NCBI GenBank assembly: GCA_977017575.1
Contig: CDRNVI010000030.1
Coordinates: 310,001 to 374,000 of the forward strand
Source of the DNA: Paramoeba atlantica
Lineage: Eukaryota; Protista; Discosea
Length of the DNA: 64,000 nt
Reading direction: 5' to 3'
Positions 20,652-33,545 of this stretch are shown here, in pieces; position 1 is the first letter of the stretch; each line of letters begins with the position of its first letter. The notes beneath the pieces were generated by a model, which was given only the letters and a program-made list of their open reading frames with translations, searched no databases and was not told the origin of the DNA. The translations under genes were made by a program, and so were the position numbers.

Positions 20652-21245
20652 CAACTTTAAATAATGTGAAACGTGGAAAAGTAATGAATGATAAATCAGA
20701 TAAAGTGCTTCAGGTAAGAAAAATAAAAAAAATCGAAGGCGGAAACTTCTGTATAGAACTAATTCCATAAACAACATTGATGCTACAAAGAATATCAGTG
20801 CAATAGTAGATCTGTAGAAAACTAAAAGTTGATGAGACAGTTACACATGTTTCGTAAAACAATTTACATGCTACGCGACTAGTATTCTCTATGAATAAGA
20901 AAATGTGCGGTTTCTATTGATCGCTTTAAAACAAAATTTTGGAGCAGCCAAATAAATACATCAAAAACGACGTCTCCTACGCTGTATAACACGTATTTTC
21001 ATCACTCAGATCTCCTATGCACACAAACTTTCGGTAAAATCCAATCAAAAAAACGAACCGTCTGTACACACAAACTATACACAAATGCTTTTCAAAAAAT
21101 ATAACCTTGTCTCCACGCTCTGCGCAACACAAAAAGATTCAACTCAGAAAAACAAGCTATCCACTCCAACTCCATTTTTCTCCAAAACAAAACCCCTTTC
21201 ATATCCACAGTCTTCCTTCCTACCAACACCCTCTCTCCCCCTTCC

Positions 21246-22304
21246 TCAGTCCTTCACCACATGCACACTCAACTTCGCGGCGGGGTCAGTCGTCAACTCC
21301 TTCACCGTTCCCTCCACCCCAATACTCACCGTGGTCGCATTCTGCAGCGCGCGGGTGGCCCGAACCCCATACACCCCCTTAAGGTCACTCTTCACACTGA
21401 GCACGGACAACGTCGCCGGGCACGCCATCGAGGCCCCCAGCAGCACCTCCGGACGCCCCCCGTCCGCTTTCTGTGCCATCGAGACCCAATACTTCACCTC
21501 CGCCTCCTTCCCCACCCCCAGACACCCACACCCCCTCGTCTTCGCCATCCCCCGCACCGCGACATTCCCCTCCTGGTCCGCCGTCGCGGTCACCAAATGC
21601 CCCGCGGGGGTATCCAACCGCGCCCCCACCTTCCATGCCGCAAACTCCCGTTTCCACGCACAGAAATGCGACCCCATCCCCAGCGTCAGCTCCGGCACCG
21701 ACGGCACCCCAAACGAGACCCCGAACTGACTTCGGGGGCCGTAGAGCCCACATTGGGTTTTACTCCCCCCCCTCCCCCCCCCGTTCTCCCCGAACCCGTG
21801 CCACGACCCCAGCGTCACCCCCCCCTCCCCCTCCCCCCACACACTCTCCTGACTCACCCACCCGCTCCACGGGTACGGCCCCGACAGCCCCACGCTGTCC
21901 CCGAGGGTCACCGTGTGGTGAGAGCCCTGCGTGAACCCACGAAGGAATCCACTGCTACTCCCCGTAGTAGCCGTAGTAGCCGTAGCACTCCCACTGCCAC
22001 TACCACTACTCCCACTACTCCCACCACTCTTCCACGTGACCCTCCCACTCGCGGTCCCCTTGTTGGTGAGTCCCAGGACGGACTGGAGCCCGCGGACTGC
22101 ACAGTCGTAGTGGAGGTTGAGGGAGAGCGTGTTGTTGTTGTTGTTGTTGTTATTATTATTATTAATGGGGTCAGGGGTGATAGCGTGGTTAAGGTAGGGG
22201 GAGCGGTCGGCGCCGGGGGTACGGGTGAGGAGGGAGAAGCCGTGGGGGGAGGTGAAGAAGTCGGTGACGTCTTTTTCAAAGTCTTTGAAGAAGAGGAGGG
22301 GCAT
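21246..22304 (-). CDS. Eukaryotic porin (VDAC-like beta-barrel) with polyAsn and Ser/Gly insertions
   Basis: N-terminal amphipathic helix FFKDFEKDVTDFFTSPHGF resembles VDAC N-termini; alternating hydrophobic beta-strand pattern through the C-terminal half. Confidence 0.65.
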   Translation of the reverse strand: MPLLFFKDFEKDVTDFFTSPHGFSLLTRTPGADRSPYLNHAITPDPINNNNNNNNNNNTLSLNLHYDCAVRGLQSVLGLTNKGTASGRVTWKSGGSSGSSGSGSGSATATTATTGSSSGFLRGFTQGSHHTVTLGDSVGLSGPYPWSGWVSQESVWGEGEGGVTLGSWHGFGENGGGRGGSKTQCGLYGPRSQFGVSFGVPSVPELTLGMGSHFCAWKREFAAWKVGARLDTPAGHLVTATADQEGNVAVRGMAKTRGCGCLGVGKEAEVKYWVSMAQKADGGRPEVLLGASMACPATLSVLSVKSDLKGVYGVRATRALQNATTVSIGVEGTVKELTTDPAAKLSVHVVKD

Positions 22305-24165
22305 TGAGGGGGGTGGGAGAAAAGAGAGAGAAGAAAAAAGTGCAGAGATTTTCTTGTTTTTTGTGTGTCTTTTTTGTTGTTTATGATTGTTTGTGGTTTT
22401 TTTAAATTGGAAAAAAAGGGAAGAAAAAATGGGTGAAGCTTACAAAAATATACATCTACAGAAACACTACGGTAGGTGTACAAAGAGAGTACATGACCAC
22501 TAATGTTCCAGTATTCTGCCATATTCTGCTCATCACAAACCCCCATCTTTACCTTATGTTTACTCCCCCCACTCCCTGTGCTGTTTGTATTGTTATGGGG
22601 GTCGGGGGTGATAGCGTGGTTAAGGTAGGGGGAGCGGTCGGCACCGGGGGTACGGGTGAGGAGGGAGAAGCCGTGGGGGGAGGTGAAGAAGTCGGTGACG
22701 TCTTTTTCAAAGTCTTTGAAGAAGAGGAGGGGCATTGAGGGGGTGGTGGGAGAAAAGAGAGAGAAGAAAAATGTGCAGAGATTTTCTTGTTTTTTGTGTG
22801 TCTTTTTTGTTGTTTATGATTGTTTATGGTTTTTTTAAGTTGTAAAAAAAGGGAAGAAAAAATGGGTGAAGCTTACAAAAATATACATCTACAGAAACAC
22901 TACGGTAGGTGTACAAAGAGAGTACATGACCACTAATGTTCCAGTATTCTGCCATATTCTGCTCATCACAAACCCCCATCTTTACCTTATGTTTACTCCC
23001 CCCACTCCCTGTGCTGTTTGTATTGTTATGGGGGTCGGGGGTGATAGCGTGGTTAAGGTAGGGGGAGCGGTCGGCACCGGGGGTACGGGTGAGGAGGGAG
23101 AAGCCGTGGGGGGAGGTGAAGAAGTCGGTGACGTCTTTTTCAAAGTCTTTGAAGAAGAGGAGGGGCATTGAGGGGGTGGTGGGAGAAAAGAGAGAGAAGA
23201 AAAATGTGCAGAGATTTTCTTGTTTTTTGTGTGTCTTTTTTGTTGTTTATGATTGTTTATGGTTTTTTTAAGTTGTAAAAAAAGGGAAGAAAAAATGGGT
23301 GAAGCTTACAAAAATATACATCTACAGAAACACTACGGTAGGTGTACAAAGAGAGTACATGACCACTAATGTTCCAGTATTCTGCCATATTCTGCTCATC
23401 ACAAACCCCCATCTTTACCTTATGTTTACTCCCCCCACTCCCTGTGCTGTTTGTATTGTTATGGGGGTCGGGGGTGATAGCGTGGTTAAGGTAGGGGGAG
23501 CGGTCGGCACCGGGGGTACGGGTGAGGAGGGAGAAGCCGTGGGGGGAGGTGAAGAAGTCGGTGACGTCTTTTTCAAAGTCTTTGAAGAAGAGGAGGGGCA
23601 TTGAGGGGGTGGTGGGAGAAAAGAGAGAGAAGAAAAATGTGCAGAGATTTTCTTGTTTTTTGTGTGTCTTTTTTGTTGTTTATGATTGTTTATGGTTTTT
23701 TTAAGTTGTAAAAAAAGGGAAGAAAAAATGGGTGAAGCTTACAAAAATATACATCTACAGAAACACTACGGTAGGTGTACAAAGAGAGTACATGACCACT
23801 AATGTTCCAGTATTCTGCCATATTCTGCTCATCACAAACCCCCATCTTTACCTTATGTTTACTCCCCCCACTCCCTGTGCTGTTTGTATTGTTATGGGGG
23901 TCGGGGGTGATAGCGTGGTTAAGGTAGGGGGAGCGGTCGGCGCCGGGGGTACGGGTGAGGAGGGAGAAGCCGTGGGGGGAGGTGAAGAAGTCGGTGACGT
24001 CTTTTTCAAAGTCTTTGAAGAAGAGGAGGGGCATTGGGGGGGGGGATGGAGAAGAAAGAAGGGAAAGGATTTTCTTTTAATTTTGTGTGTCTTTCGTTTG
24101 TTTATGATTTTTTAGGATTCTAAAAAAGAGGTGAAGAAAACAATGGAACCTTACAAAAATATATA
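22170..24165 (-). repeat. 433-bp tandem array containing the porin 5' flank and first 46 codons
   Basis: Identical MPLLFFKDF...TPDP starts at 22304, 22735, 23168, 23601 and 24034; spacing 431, 433, 433, 433. Confidence 0.95.
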
Positions 24166-24638
24166 CTGTCCCTATTTAGTGTTGAGTGAAATTCGGCAAA
24201 ATTCAACACTAATTAGGGGGGGAGAAAATCTCCTCCTCTCAAGAAAAAGCGCGTCGCTTCGCGGCGTATTGTTTTGAAAACCATGATTGTAGTATTTTTT
24301 CACTCGGTTGGGGATACAGATTGATGAACGCTGTGGGGCATTCGTATAAAGGCATGTGGGGGGACAGCTTGTAAAGGGGGATACAGCTATGAAGGCTAGG
24401 TCTGACAAGTAAAGTATAAAGGAGAAACAAACAAGCGAATAGTGAATACAACCCCGATCACCAAAACTGGGACCAACGTTTATAGAGCTACGAGTCTTAC
24501 TTTTTGTTGATTGCAAGTATCACCCTGTATCATCAAAGTAAATCAGTAGAAATCGGTAAACAATCACAAAAAATAAGCAAAGATAAGAAAAAATAGTTTT
24601 GGAAGAAAAATTAAGCGCCGCTTCGCGGCGTACCTGAG

Positions 24639-25560
24639 ATGCTAGCAGTGGAGCACGCTCTTTACACCTTTGACTCTAATTGGCAAGGAAATAAGCTACT
24701 TCATAGCTTACTATCGGTGCAACGAAAGACTAGCGGTGCAACGAAAGACGAAGTTGTTGCCAGCAAAAGGCTAAAAGACGAAGGTATTGCTGATGTCTAT
24801 CCTCAAACCATTCGGGTTTGCCTTCGCAAGCGTGGGATGAGGGCAAAGAAGATCAAAAAACCACACCTGACGAAGCGTTACAAGGCTCTACGTCTTGACT
24901 TTGCGAAAAAGTATGAGCATTGGACTCACGCGGACTGGGGTCGTGCCCTTTTTAGTAAAAAGGACCCCAGTCCGCGTAAAATTTACGGACGAAACAAAGA
25001 TCTGCCGATTTGAATCCAATGGCAGCCGGTGGGTCTGGGTGAGTTTTGGGGAGGCGCTGTCAGAGAGAAACACACAAAGCACCGACAAAGATGGAGGGGG
25101 TCCATCATGATATGGGGTTGTATGATGGCCCATGGTGTGGGCTCTGTTGAGTTAGTTCATGGTAACAAGAACGCTGAACAGTATTCTATAATTCTGCGAC
25201 AGAATTTACCCCCTTCTCTTCAGAAGCTGGGTGTCGCGAAAGATACTATCATCTTTCAACAAGATAACGATCCGAAGCACACGAGTAAGATGGCTCGTGA
25301 TTTCCTAAATTCACAAAAGCTGTGTATGCTTGACTGGCCCCTCAGTCTCCAGACTTAAATCCCATAGAAACCTTAGGGCTGAGTTGATAAAGGGGACAGC
25401 GGACCATCCAGACCCTTCAACAGGAATGCTGGAGTTGTGGAAACGCGTCCAAAAAGCGTGGGCGAACGTTCCTCCGAGTGGATGCCTTCCTCTTGTTCAG
25501 AGCATGCCTCGCCGGTTGAGGGCAGTGATTAAAGCGAAGGGAGGGCTTACAAAGTACTAA
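24639..25560 (+). pseudogene. Frameshifted Tc1 (DD34E) transposase
   Basis: HTH region QTIRVCLRKRGMRAKK; DWGRALFS; IMIWGCM; FQQDNDPKH...DWPxQSPDLNPIE (34 residues between D and E); MPRRLRAVIKAKGGLTKY. Confidence 0.9.
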
Positions 25561-25938
25561 GTTTACGGCATTTTGGGCTGTTAAGAAGGAAGTAAGAGAA
25601 AGTTTTTATATGAAAAATGTTATCCCCAAAAAAGTGAAAAAAGTGTTGGACTGACATTATATCTTTCTTGGTTTTTTATTGTAAGGTCATTGATGAAGTT
25701 CAAGTACATTGGAATACAAGCACTACTCCAGCCTACACTAGTATTATACTACTGCGTTATCCTCTGATTCCCTTTTGTAAAAAATAAAAACACTAAAAAT
25801 TGTTGAAACATTTGAAAACTTTTTTTAGTTACTCGGTCATACATACTAGCATTTTATATTTATCTTCGAATTATCTTTTTCGGTATTTGGTGGGGTAGAA
25901 ATACAAAAACGACCCGACTAAATCCATATCGGGCGTTA

Positions 25939-26765
25939 ATGTACGCGGTGTTGGAGGGAGAAGGAACGGCGGAGATCGCGAAATCACGTGAAGATCATGA
26001 GGAAGGGTTTTCCTCTGTGCAGGACAACGGTCCGCCAGATGGACGCCTTAATACGTTCGACTCTCGGGGAAGGGTACAGAACGCACTCCATGAAGTGGGG
26101 AGCGATAACTCTTCTATTCGAGGAGGTGGCGAGGGGACATTTGACCTTGGACGACGTACAACGGCTAGCCAAACACCAGGAGGCAGAGTCACTCTTCCGC
26201 TACAACGAGAATCCGGTCACAACTGCGTTGGCTTTTGGGGACACAAAATGCGATGAAACACATACCAATATAATTACTCAAAAGGATTTTAACTCGTACC
26301 TGGAAGATTATCCATTGAAAAGACGACACACTATTGTACGTCCCAGACGCGCTTCAAGGTTGGCTGGTTCGGAAGACATAAATATACCGTTACACATTAA
26401 ACCGGATATTCCTCGTATCGATCAAGAAAAAGTTCGTTCCTGGATCAATCGACTCTACATGGTTTCGACGAAGTATGGCGTATGTTAACAAGCCTACCGC
26501 AACAACTATCGAGATCTAAAATTTGCAAGGAGATTTACCGAGTTCTGACGTTAGATTACTACTGGATCAAGGCGTTATTAACCGTGTAAATGGTAAAGAG
26601 TTGGATAAGCGTCCGACAATGCAGGAGGTAATTCCATTCTCCGTAGTAGAACGAACAAATGATAGAACGACGGAGCGGCGTCGCTTCATCGCATGGAATA
26701 GGGCGGATAATATCTTCCTAAAAGAATACGAGCCGTTCGTTCCACCGGCGCATCCCGCGTATTAA
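25939..26765 (+). mobile_element. VIPER-like YR retrotransposon fragment A (YR C-terminus plus RT N-terminus)
   Basis: HSMKWGA...KHQ...LFRY tyrosine-recombinase motifs, then PLHIK...PFSVVE...RRRFIAW (RT start); homologous to 48943-49660. Confidence 0.8.
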
Positions 26766-27286
26766 ATCGGCGTTTGACGGCTCGGCCGTTAAACGGAGGT
26801 TTGCTGACTGGTCGAGCGCCGTGTAGTACGAGTGTTTGGGGTTGGTTGGGAGGCCCAGGTGGCAGCTGGGCCCAGCACTCCCCGTTCCGGCTAAAACGAA
26901 GCCGGTTCCGGCTAAAACGGAGAGATAAGGCAGGATTCCTTTATCCGATTGGGGGGACACGTGTTCCTTCCCACAGAGTCAAGGCCCTTGACAATATCCC
27001 GCAAAAGAAACAGTATCCAGGGCTAAAAGAAATTATATCGTGATGGAGAAACCTATTCAAGCCCATAAATGGGGTCAATGACATCTTTTTCATAGTACCT
27101 ACTTGCATAGGTTACTGCATTCTTCTTGAATAAAAGCAACGCGCGGTGCATTGCCTTCCAAGTGCTTATAAGTCGCGAATCAATGTCGTCTGATGTGTAT
27201 TTTCCGGTCGCGTACCTATGTCCGCAACATTCTCTCGTGATGCTACGTCTGCCAGTACTACTTCAGTTCCCTCAACAATAATTCGT

Positions 27287-28242
27287 TCAACTAATTATAA
27301 TAATATCAACGCCACAAGACGAGCTAAAACCTTTGTCTAAACTGCGGCTTACCACAGTATTATCACACGCTATGATAATTAAGGTAGGCTTTAACTCCAT
27401 CGCGTTGTTTACTCCAAGTTGCAAAGCCAACGCCTCAGCGACGTCGATCCCGTGATCTTTCCATATTGTGTATTCCACCTTCTTTATAACATTTGGACGT
27501 GCAACTTCTATTTGCCACGCTGCCACCCGCTTTGGTGTGGCATCCACGGCAAAGAAGATAGGTTCTTGCTGCGCAGCCGACAAATGTGTTTTTCGATGTG
27601 AATACCGTGGGATTAATTGGAATAAAATTTTTATCGCGTCAGTCAGAGGTTCCTCAAGACAACTGAGGCATTTGTCCCAGTTCTCAACGACTCCGAGTTC
27701 ACTTTGAATTTTAGTCAGACGTCCTAAGTGTCGCCGGTGAATGTTCAAAACAGGTAGCGCAAAGCGTAAGAACCCTAATATGCTGAAAAAGCTTCTAGGG
27801 GAGTTCGAGGGACGTTTTTGCATCCGATGTTTCTAATATTCAATGGAAGCCGTATCGATCGACCAAGATATACCGCACGGATCCCTTCTTATCGACACCC
27901 CACAAAAGGTAAAGGTACAACTCTTGGGTTCCAGTGTCAGATACTTGAGTGTAATTTTCGCTTTCTTAAACACACAATACAAGTGGGCACGCCACATATC
28001 AATCACTGTTGAAGGAGGGGAACTAATACCGAGTCGTATACTAAGAATATGATACCACCGTTTGTAAGGTGCAAGAAACCTGGAGCGATGTGACTATCAG
28101 ACAAGCAGTCTGGAATTCCAAGATCTCTGAGCACAGTTTTCTGTTCGTAGAGTATCATCCCCCAAACAAGCGCTTGGCATACGCCACACGCATACTTCCA
28201 CCCCATGGGCAAGACTCTGAGTCTATAGGTAGTTCCATGCAT
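27287..28242 (-). mobile_element. Degenerate RT-RNase H of a YR (VIPER/DIRS-like) retrotransposon
   Basis: YRLRVLPMGWKYA (RT4), then FAVDATP...AEALAL...ACDN (RNase H D-E-D). Confidence 0.8.
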
Positions 28243-28728
28243 GTATACACAGCATTGCTGTCTTAGATCATTTTCGATCGGGAACTGGTAGTACGCGTTC
28301 TTAATATCGCAGTGTACTATTCGTAACCTTTACCTTGTGACTAAGAGCTCTCGAAGGAGTGAGATCAGTGTTCCTGCACTTACTAAAGAAAACTGTATAC
28401 GTAGCATGAATATCCATCCGTTTAAATCAGCAGTGCTGTAAGAACTGCGCGAAGTCTGGTTCTGTATATTGTGTTAAAAAGGTAGTGCCTAAAACTAATG
28501 TCAAAGTACAGTTGTGTCGCTTTTCATGCGAGACTGAGTCGCATGGTGAAAGTTCTATCCTTGTACACGTATTTTCCGAATACTCTTATACTTATCAGTT
28601 ATATCAGAGCCGCACTAAATCGAATACAAGTGTACCATACATAGCACGTATAGTACAGTAACATACAAAGTACATGTATGTATCTCCTATACTGTGTGTC
28701 AAATTCTGCTACAAGCTTACATTTCCGT

Positions 28729-29656
28729 TCAGTTTAATCTGGCGGCATTAGAGCGCGTATAATGCCGAAAAGTCGAAACCGTAGTATCAGACACAAACGC
28801 TCCTATCAGATCACTTACCTGATTTTTTCGAGCGCTATGCCCAGTGTGGCGCATGCAATGTACAGAAAGCGTAAGTGATTCAGGCCAGCTAAAATGCTTT
28901 TTCGCCCCGGCTAACACTTTGGACAAGTGCATCCGTGTACACTTCGGAAAAACAAAACACTCGTCATATTTTGGCAAATTTTTCATCCGATCAAGCACAA
29001 TTCTCCCACACTTAATTGTGCTACCACCGTTCTTTGTTTTTGTGCGTGGCAAGTAAAATTCTGAATCTGATAGCTGGATATGATCCCACTTAATATTTCG
29101 CAAATTCTCAGGCCGAATAGGGCAATCAATGAAAAGCATTATTGCTGTTGTAAGAATATCCCGCAGACCCTGTTTCTGACAAATCCCTTTTTGGTTACAA
29201 CTCATAAACGTTGTGGGGAGAACAAATCTATTTTCAATATACTGTCCCCCCCGTTTAAGCGCACCTCGTTTTCCGCGAAAAGTGCGCTTAAACGGGGGGG
29301 GTCTGAATCACTACATAAAAAAAGAATTGGCGCCGCTTCGCGGCGCCGGGCTCTTTCCTTCAACTCTATGTGTGCTTAAACGGGGGGGTCTGACCGGGTG
29401 CGCTTAAAGGGGGGGGACAGTAGTTACATAATTCACAAAGCATTTCACATGTAAGAACGCCTTTTTCATTTTTTTCGTCATTCACACCGGCTCCCTTAAC
29501 TAACTTTTGACTTTCTCGTGCGTGTAGCCAAGCTTCGTGCTTAGCCGCTTGAAGCTTGCAGTGAGCCAAGGCGGCATGATACAAGCGTGGCGAAGCCAAA
29601 CCTTGTCGCTTCCAATTTACTAGAAATGCTAAAAAAATCCAAAAAATCCAAATCAT
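28729..29656 (-). pseudogene. Phage-integrase-type tyrosine recombinase interrupted by a MITE
   Basis: IRPENLRNIKWDHI...RTKTKNG...HCMRHT...FRHY. Removing 29242-29420 and one TA joins ORF 29366-29656 in frame (...ELCNYIENRFVLPTTFMSC...). Confidence 0.8.
29242..29420. mobile_element. 179-bp MITE with TA target-site duplication
   Basis: TIR CTGTCCCCCCC(G)TTTAAGCGCACC; TA at 29240-29241 and 29421-29422; internal direct copies of GTG(C/T)GCTTAAACGGGGGGGTCTGA. Confidence 0.92.
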
Positions 29657-31344
29657 TCCGGATCGCTCCGGATGGTCACTGGCAAGCCAGACCCTTCACA
29701 GACAGATTTGGAAGTTCCGAGGCCGACGTCCTCTACCAGTTTCCACTTGTCCAAGGCGGCACGAACGTGTTGTTACCAACACGCTGCGTCGACGAACTGT
29801 ACGTCAACACGGCTTACCCAAGAGGTGTAAGCCGGGTAAGGGAGCTGGTTCCCTGAGGGGAGGGTCCGGGACGGTCCTCCGAGTACTGGGCCTAGTCGGT
29901 TATCAGCCCAGCCTCTTGGAGTGAGGCCGCCAGGAATATTGCGATGAGCGGGTTTGAACTCGCCGTCTGAGCACCATGTGCTTCAAACTTTGAATTCTTG
30001 CCACTCCGCCACCTCCGCTCCTAGAAATGCTACAAACTCACTTTCTTCGAAGCTTGTAATATCGACTGGCGCGGTATCCGGAAGGTTACGGTATGTGAGC
30101 AAAAATTCTCAATGTGTTTGCGCACGAATGATATTTCCAAGATGTAGAGCATCGCACTGAACTTTCCACTAATTCACTGTACCCTTCAGTACTTGTCACC
30201 CGAACTATATTAGTCGACTTAAAAAGTGTTCGACTCTTGTTTTTTTGGTACATAAAGTTTATCTTGAGTTGACTAATAACCAAATATACTGTATGTGTCA
30301 GGATAACCGAAACAGACTAAACAAATCTGAACAATACACTGGTACACCGCGCACTGCCAACTCAAACTACGTACCCCTGAGTATTGCGTACCCCCATATG
30401 TCCTTCCGACTTATCATGCTAACGGTAGCTCAATTATAGGCTAAGGGTAATTCAATTATTATACGGACTGCTGCACTGAAAATACCAAAGATATGCATCA
30501 TGTGCATATCATGATGTAGCATGATATCGTGCCTGATAGCATTTCATGGGCATGTATCATTCATTTATAAATATATATATTATAATATAATATTAATATA
30601 TTATTATATTATAATATAATATCATATATGATAATGCATATATTTCATGGGCAGCATTTATCATGCTATGAGGATAGCAATGATCATGTTTTTCACAAAA
30701 TGCCCCTTATTGAAGCCGGGGCACGCCTCCCAAAGTGACCCCCCCAAAATAGGTGTCCAGGCAAAACCTGACAGGTTTCAATCCTCTTACTTATGCATAA
30801 AAACGAAGTATGTACCTTTAAATTAGTACAAGCGGAATTCTTTCTTGCGCCTTGATTGATGTCTATATGCGCCTACGCATGTTGTCGACCGAAGAATGAC
30901 TTAACCTTGTGGTATGCTTGCTCATTCCTATTTGCCTGACTTTAGAGCTACATAACACCTGTGAATCGAGTTGCGCGACTCGCAATCGTTCTTTTTAGAT
31001 GTTCTTTGTATGTGTTCGGGAGCTCCGAGGTGCGCCTAATGGGCTGTACATTCTAAAATCGTGAAAATCTCATTAACAGAGGGGATATTTGTCAACTTAC
31101 GACGCGAGGTCTCCTCCCCCGTTCATCCCTGGCGAATTCAGACCCCCATGTAATCCACCCATTTTGAGTGGCTAAGGGCATTGTGAGGCTTTATTCTTCA
31201 CCTATAAGCGTATGAAAAATAAACGAACGGTTCAGTATTCGTGGTCCCTTGAAGCAGGGCATTCTTACTCGCACCATTGAGTGATGTGCAGCACTGTCAG
31301 GCTACCACACTCAATGGTACCTTGGGCAGTACATTCATCTAGAC

Positions 31345-32055
31345 CTTCGCCCAAAAAAGAGAGGTATAGACGATGCCGTCTTTACTCTCAGAAGAGTCAC
31401 CGAGGAAGTAAGAAAGCACAACCTGCCGTTGTATCTCGCTTACTTAGACCTTGAAAAGCCTACGATACAATGCCGTGTGAAGCAGCCTGGGCGGTTCTCA
31501 AGAAACTTCAAATAGGGGGACACCTATTGGAACTCATAAAAGCAACATGCTTTAGAACCACTGCAAGCGTCGTGATGAGCGACGGTACTAGGAGTGAAAA
31601 AATAGAGATAGCCGATGGGCTCAAACAGGCATGTCCCATGAGCTTCATATTAGATTGTATGTTGTAGAACATTGATAGTGTTGTTCATATCAATGATTCA
31701 ATGATTCAGGATGTTCATATCATAACATAGAGCTTCATATTAGATTGTATGTTGTAGAACATATTAGATTATATTATTATATTCAATGCAATTTTTGAAT
31801 CAGTCATTAGGAAAGGCCACACAGTTTAATAACCCAGGAATAAAGATTCAGCGGCGGTTACCCAGAGGAATGATCAATCGAGGCGACAGAGTAACGGGAA
31901 TCGATGTCTTTGGACTGCTTGCGTACGCAGATGACCTTGTCCTTTGGTCAGATGATCACAACGATTTGCAAAGCACGATAAATGATACACTACAAACAAT
32001 TAACCGATGGGGAATAACGATCAACACAAAGAAAACCAAAACACAGGTGGGATAG
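31345..32055 (+). mobile_element. RTE-like (APE-type) non-LTR RT fragment
   Basis: RPKKRGIDDAVFTLRRVTEE...LAYLDLEK; GLKQACPMS; LAYADDLVL at ~31924; ITINTKKTK. Split by a ~33-bp duplication (~31641 and ~31731). Confidence 0.8.
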
Positions 32056-32502
32056 ATACTAAGGCTGATAGATACTAATCGATGCTGATAGATACTAATC
32101 GATGATTATAGACTAAAAACGGCCCCTCGTAAAAAGACAAAAGGTAGACGAAAATTAAACTATAAAAACGCATAAAACGACTTATGCGCCATCCACGCTA
32201 AACTTTGGAGTGTTTTTTTTCTTCATCCTTTGGTGCGGCTTGCAACTAGCCCATGATAACGGGGTTAGGGTCAGAATTCGGAGAGCTACGAGCTCGTTGA
32301 AGCTGAGGAGCCCTTTGAAGCTGCCTTTGAATCCCTTTGAAGCTGAGGAGCCAGTCCGCTCGAGGGTATAATCCCCTAGAAGACTTGGTCCGTTGAAGCT
32401 AAGGTGTTTATTCAATACAGAATCATATTTAGATCTGCAGAGGTAAATTTCTACCTATGCTACGGTCGCATACGACGACCCCGCATAGGCTGTTTTACTA
32501 GC

Positions 32503-32724
32503 CTAGCCGCCCCCTTTCCAGTCGGGTGATTCCCGGTTTAGCCAAATAACAAAGCTACTACGAATTGCTTCGCGTATGGCTTCAAGTTGGCATTCCGTGG
32601 ACAGCCCTTTGTCACTCCCAAAAAGGCGGGCTACCTGCCGAAGAGAGGAAGCCGGCAATCCTCTTACACCCACCTCCATACACAGCAGATGTGTGTTCGG
32701 GTGATCCATCCTGCGGCGATGCAA
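32503..32724 (-). mobile_element. C-terminal fragment of an R2/NeSL-like restriction-like endonuclease ORF
   Basis: MEVGVRGLPASSL...AIRSSFVIWLNRESPDW matches the EVGxRG...S..IW..R RLE C-terminal pattern. Confidence 0.65.
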
Positions 32725-32748
32725 TATATTCTGATATTTTTTTTTGAG

Positions 32749-33066
32749 ACTCCCGAACTATGCCAGCAAGCCGTTCGAGCTAATCTCTCCTTCGGGAGAC
32801 GTGGGGCGTTCGGAATGAACCAGGGCTGGCACCCAGTTTGCCGAATCGCGAGGGCTTAGCTCTCCACGTGCCCGGAGGAGGCGACACTAGGACGTGTGGA
32901 ACACTCGTACGTAATTGTATGATTACAATGCGAAGTCCTAGCCCAAAAGGATTAGGATTGTTCAGCGGCCGAGGCGAGTGAAAACTCACCTTTGAGTAGC
33001 GACCTCCCCCCAAGCTACCTCGGCTTACTCCGGGGAGGCAACACCCCTTTACGGGATACAAAGCCT
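32749..33066 (+). ncRNA. Candidate structured RNA / short retroposon, copy 1
   Basis: Shares ordered conserved blocks with 35881-36169; C(UUCG)G hairpin at 32786-32799 and a GAAA-capped hairpin at ~32965-32978. Confidence 0.5.
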
Positions 33067-33545
33067 TATACCATATCATCTACCATATCTCAACGAAAAA
33101 TAATCCTGCCGACCCAATTAAATTTTGCGCAGGGGGGGGTACAATAAAACCAAGCGTTCCCACTTATTGTACCCCCCCGGTACAATATCGAGCTACAGGT
33201 ACATTAACCCGGAACGGGGTTTGGTAGAAAGTTCGGATGTCCGTTTCCGATGTTTTTTCAAAAAGAAAAATAGCTCCATTAAATTGTAACTTGTCTTGTG
33301 CTCCTTCGGTTGTTCGTTAGTGCTCGAAATTATAAGGTGTGGGACTGGTGATCCCCATTTTGTACTTTCGCAGGAAAGGATTGTTTTCCTATGTTGCGAA
33401 AGACTCAACGAACATGCGATCAACCCCATTCTTTTTAGTCTCAGTGCTTCCTTTTTATTCAGTTCTGCTTTTCATCATGAACAATAACAACAACAATCAG
33501 CAGGATCCTGACGCTCTTTTCTGAAGTTTCATTTCTCTTCTCGAG

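Noticed and set aside
21261-22307. 348-aa + strand ORF, and similar ORFs at 43499-44620, 21473-21934 and 38136-38456
   Set aside because: Antisense shadows of GC-rich real ORFs; no motifs.
22170-24165. Possible CRISPR-like arrays (also the CGTGAC arrays at 34360 and 35430)
   Set aside because: No unique spacers; the units are whole tandem duplications or 10-bp repeats in a eukaryotic context, with no cas genes.
24166-25700. Complete TIR pair for the Tc1 at 24639-25560
   Set aside because: A CTGTCCC-type end follows TA at ~24165, but no matching right terminus with TA was found; boundaries not reported.
30480-30690. AT-rich near-palindrome and ATCATGAT-rich tract
   Set aside because: Low complexity; the symmetry is expected from composition.
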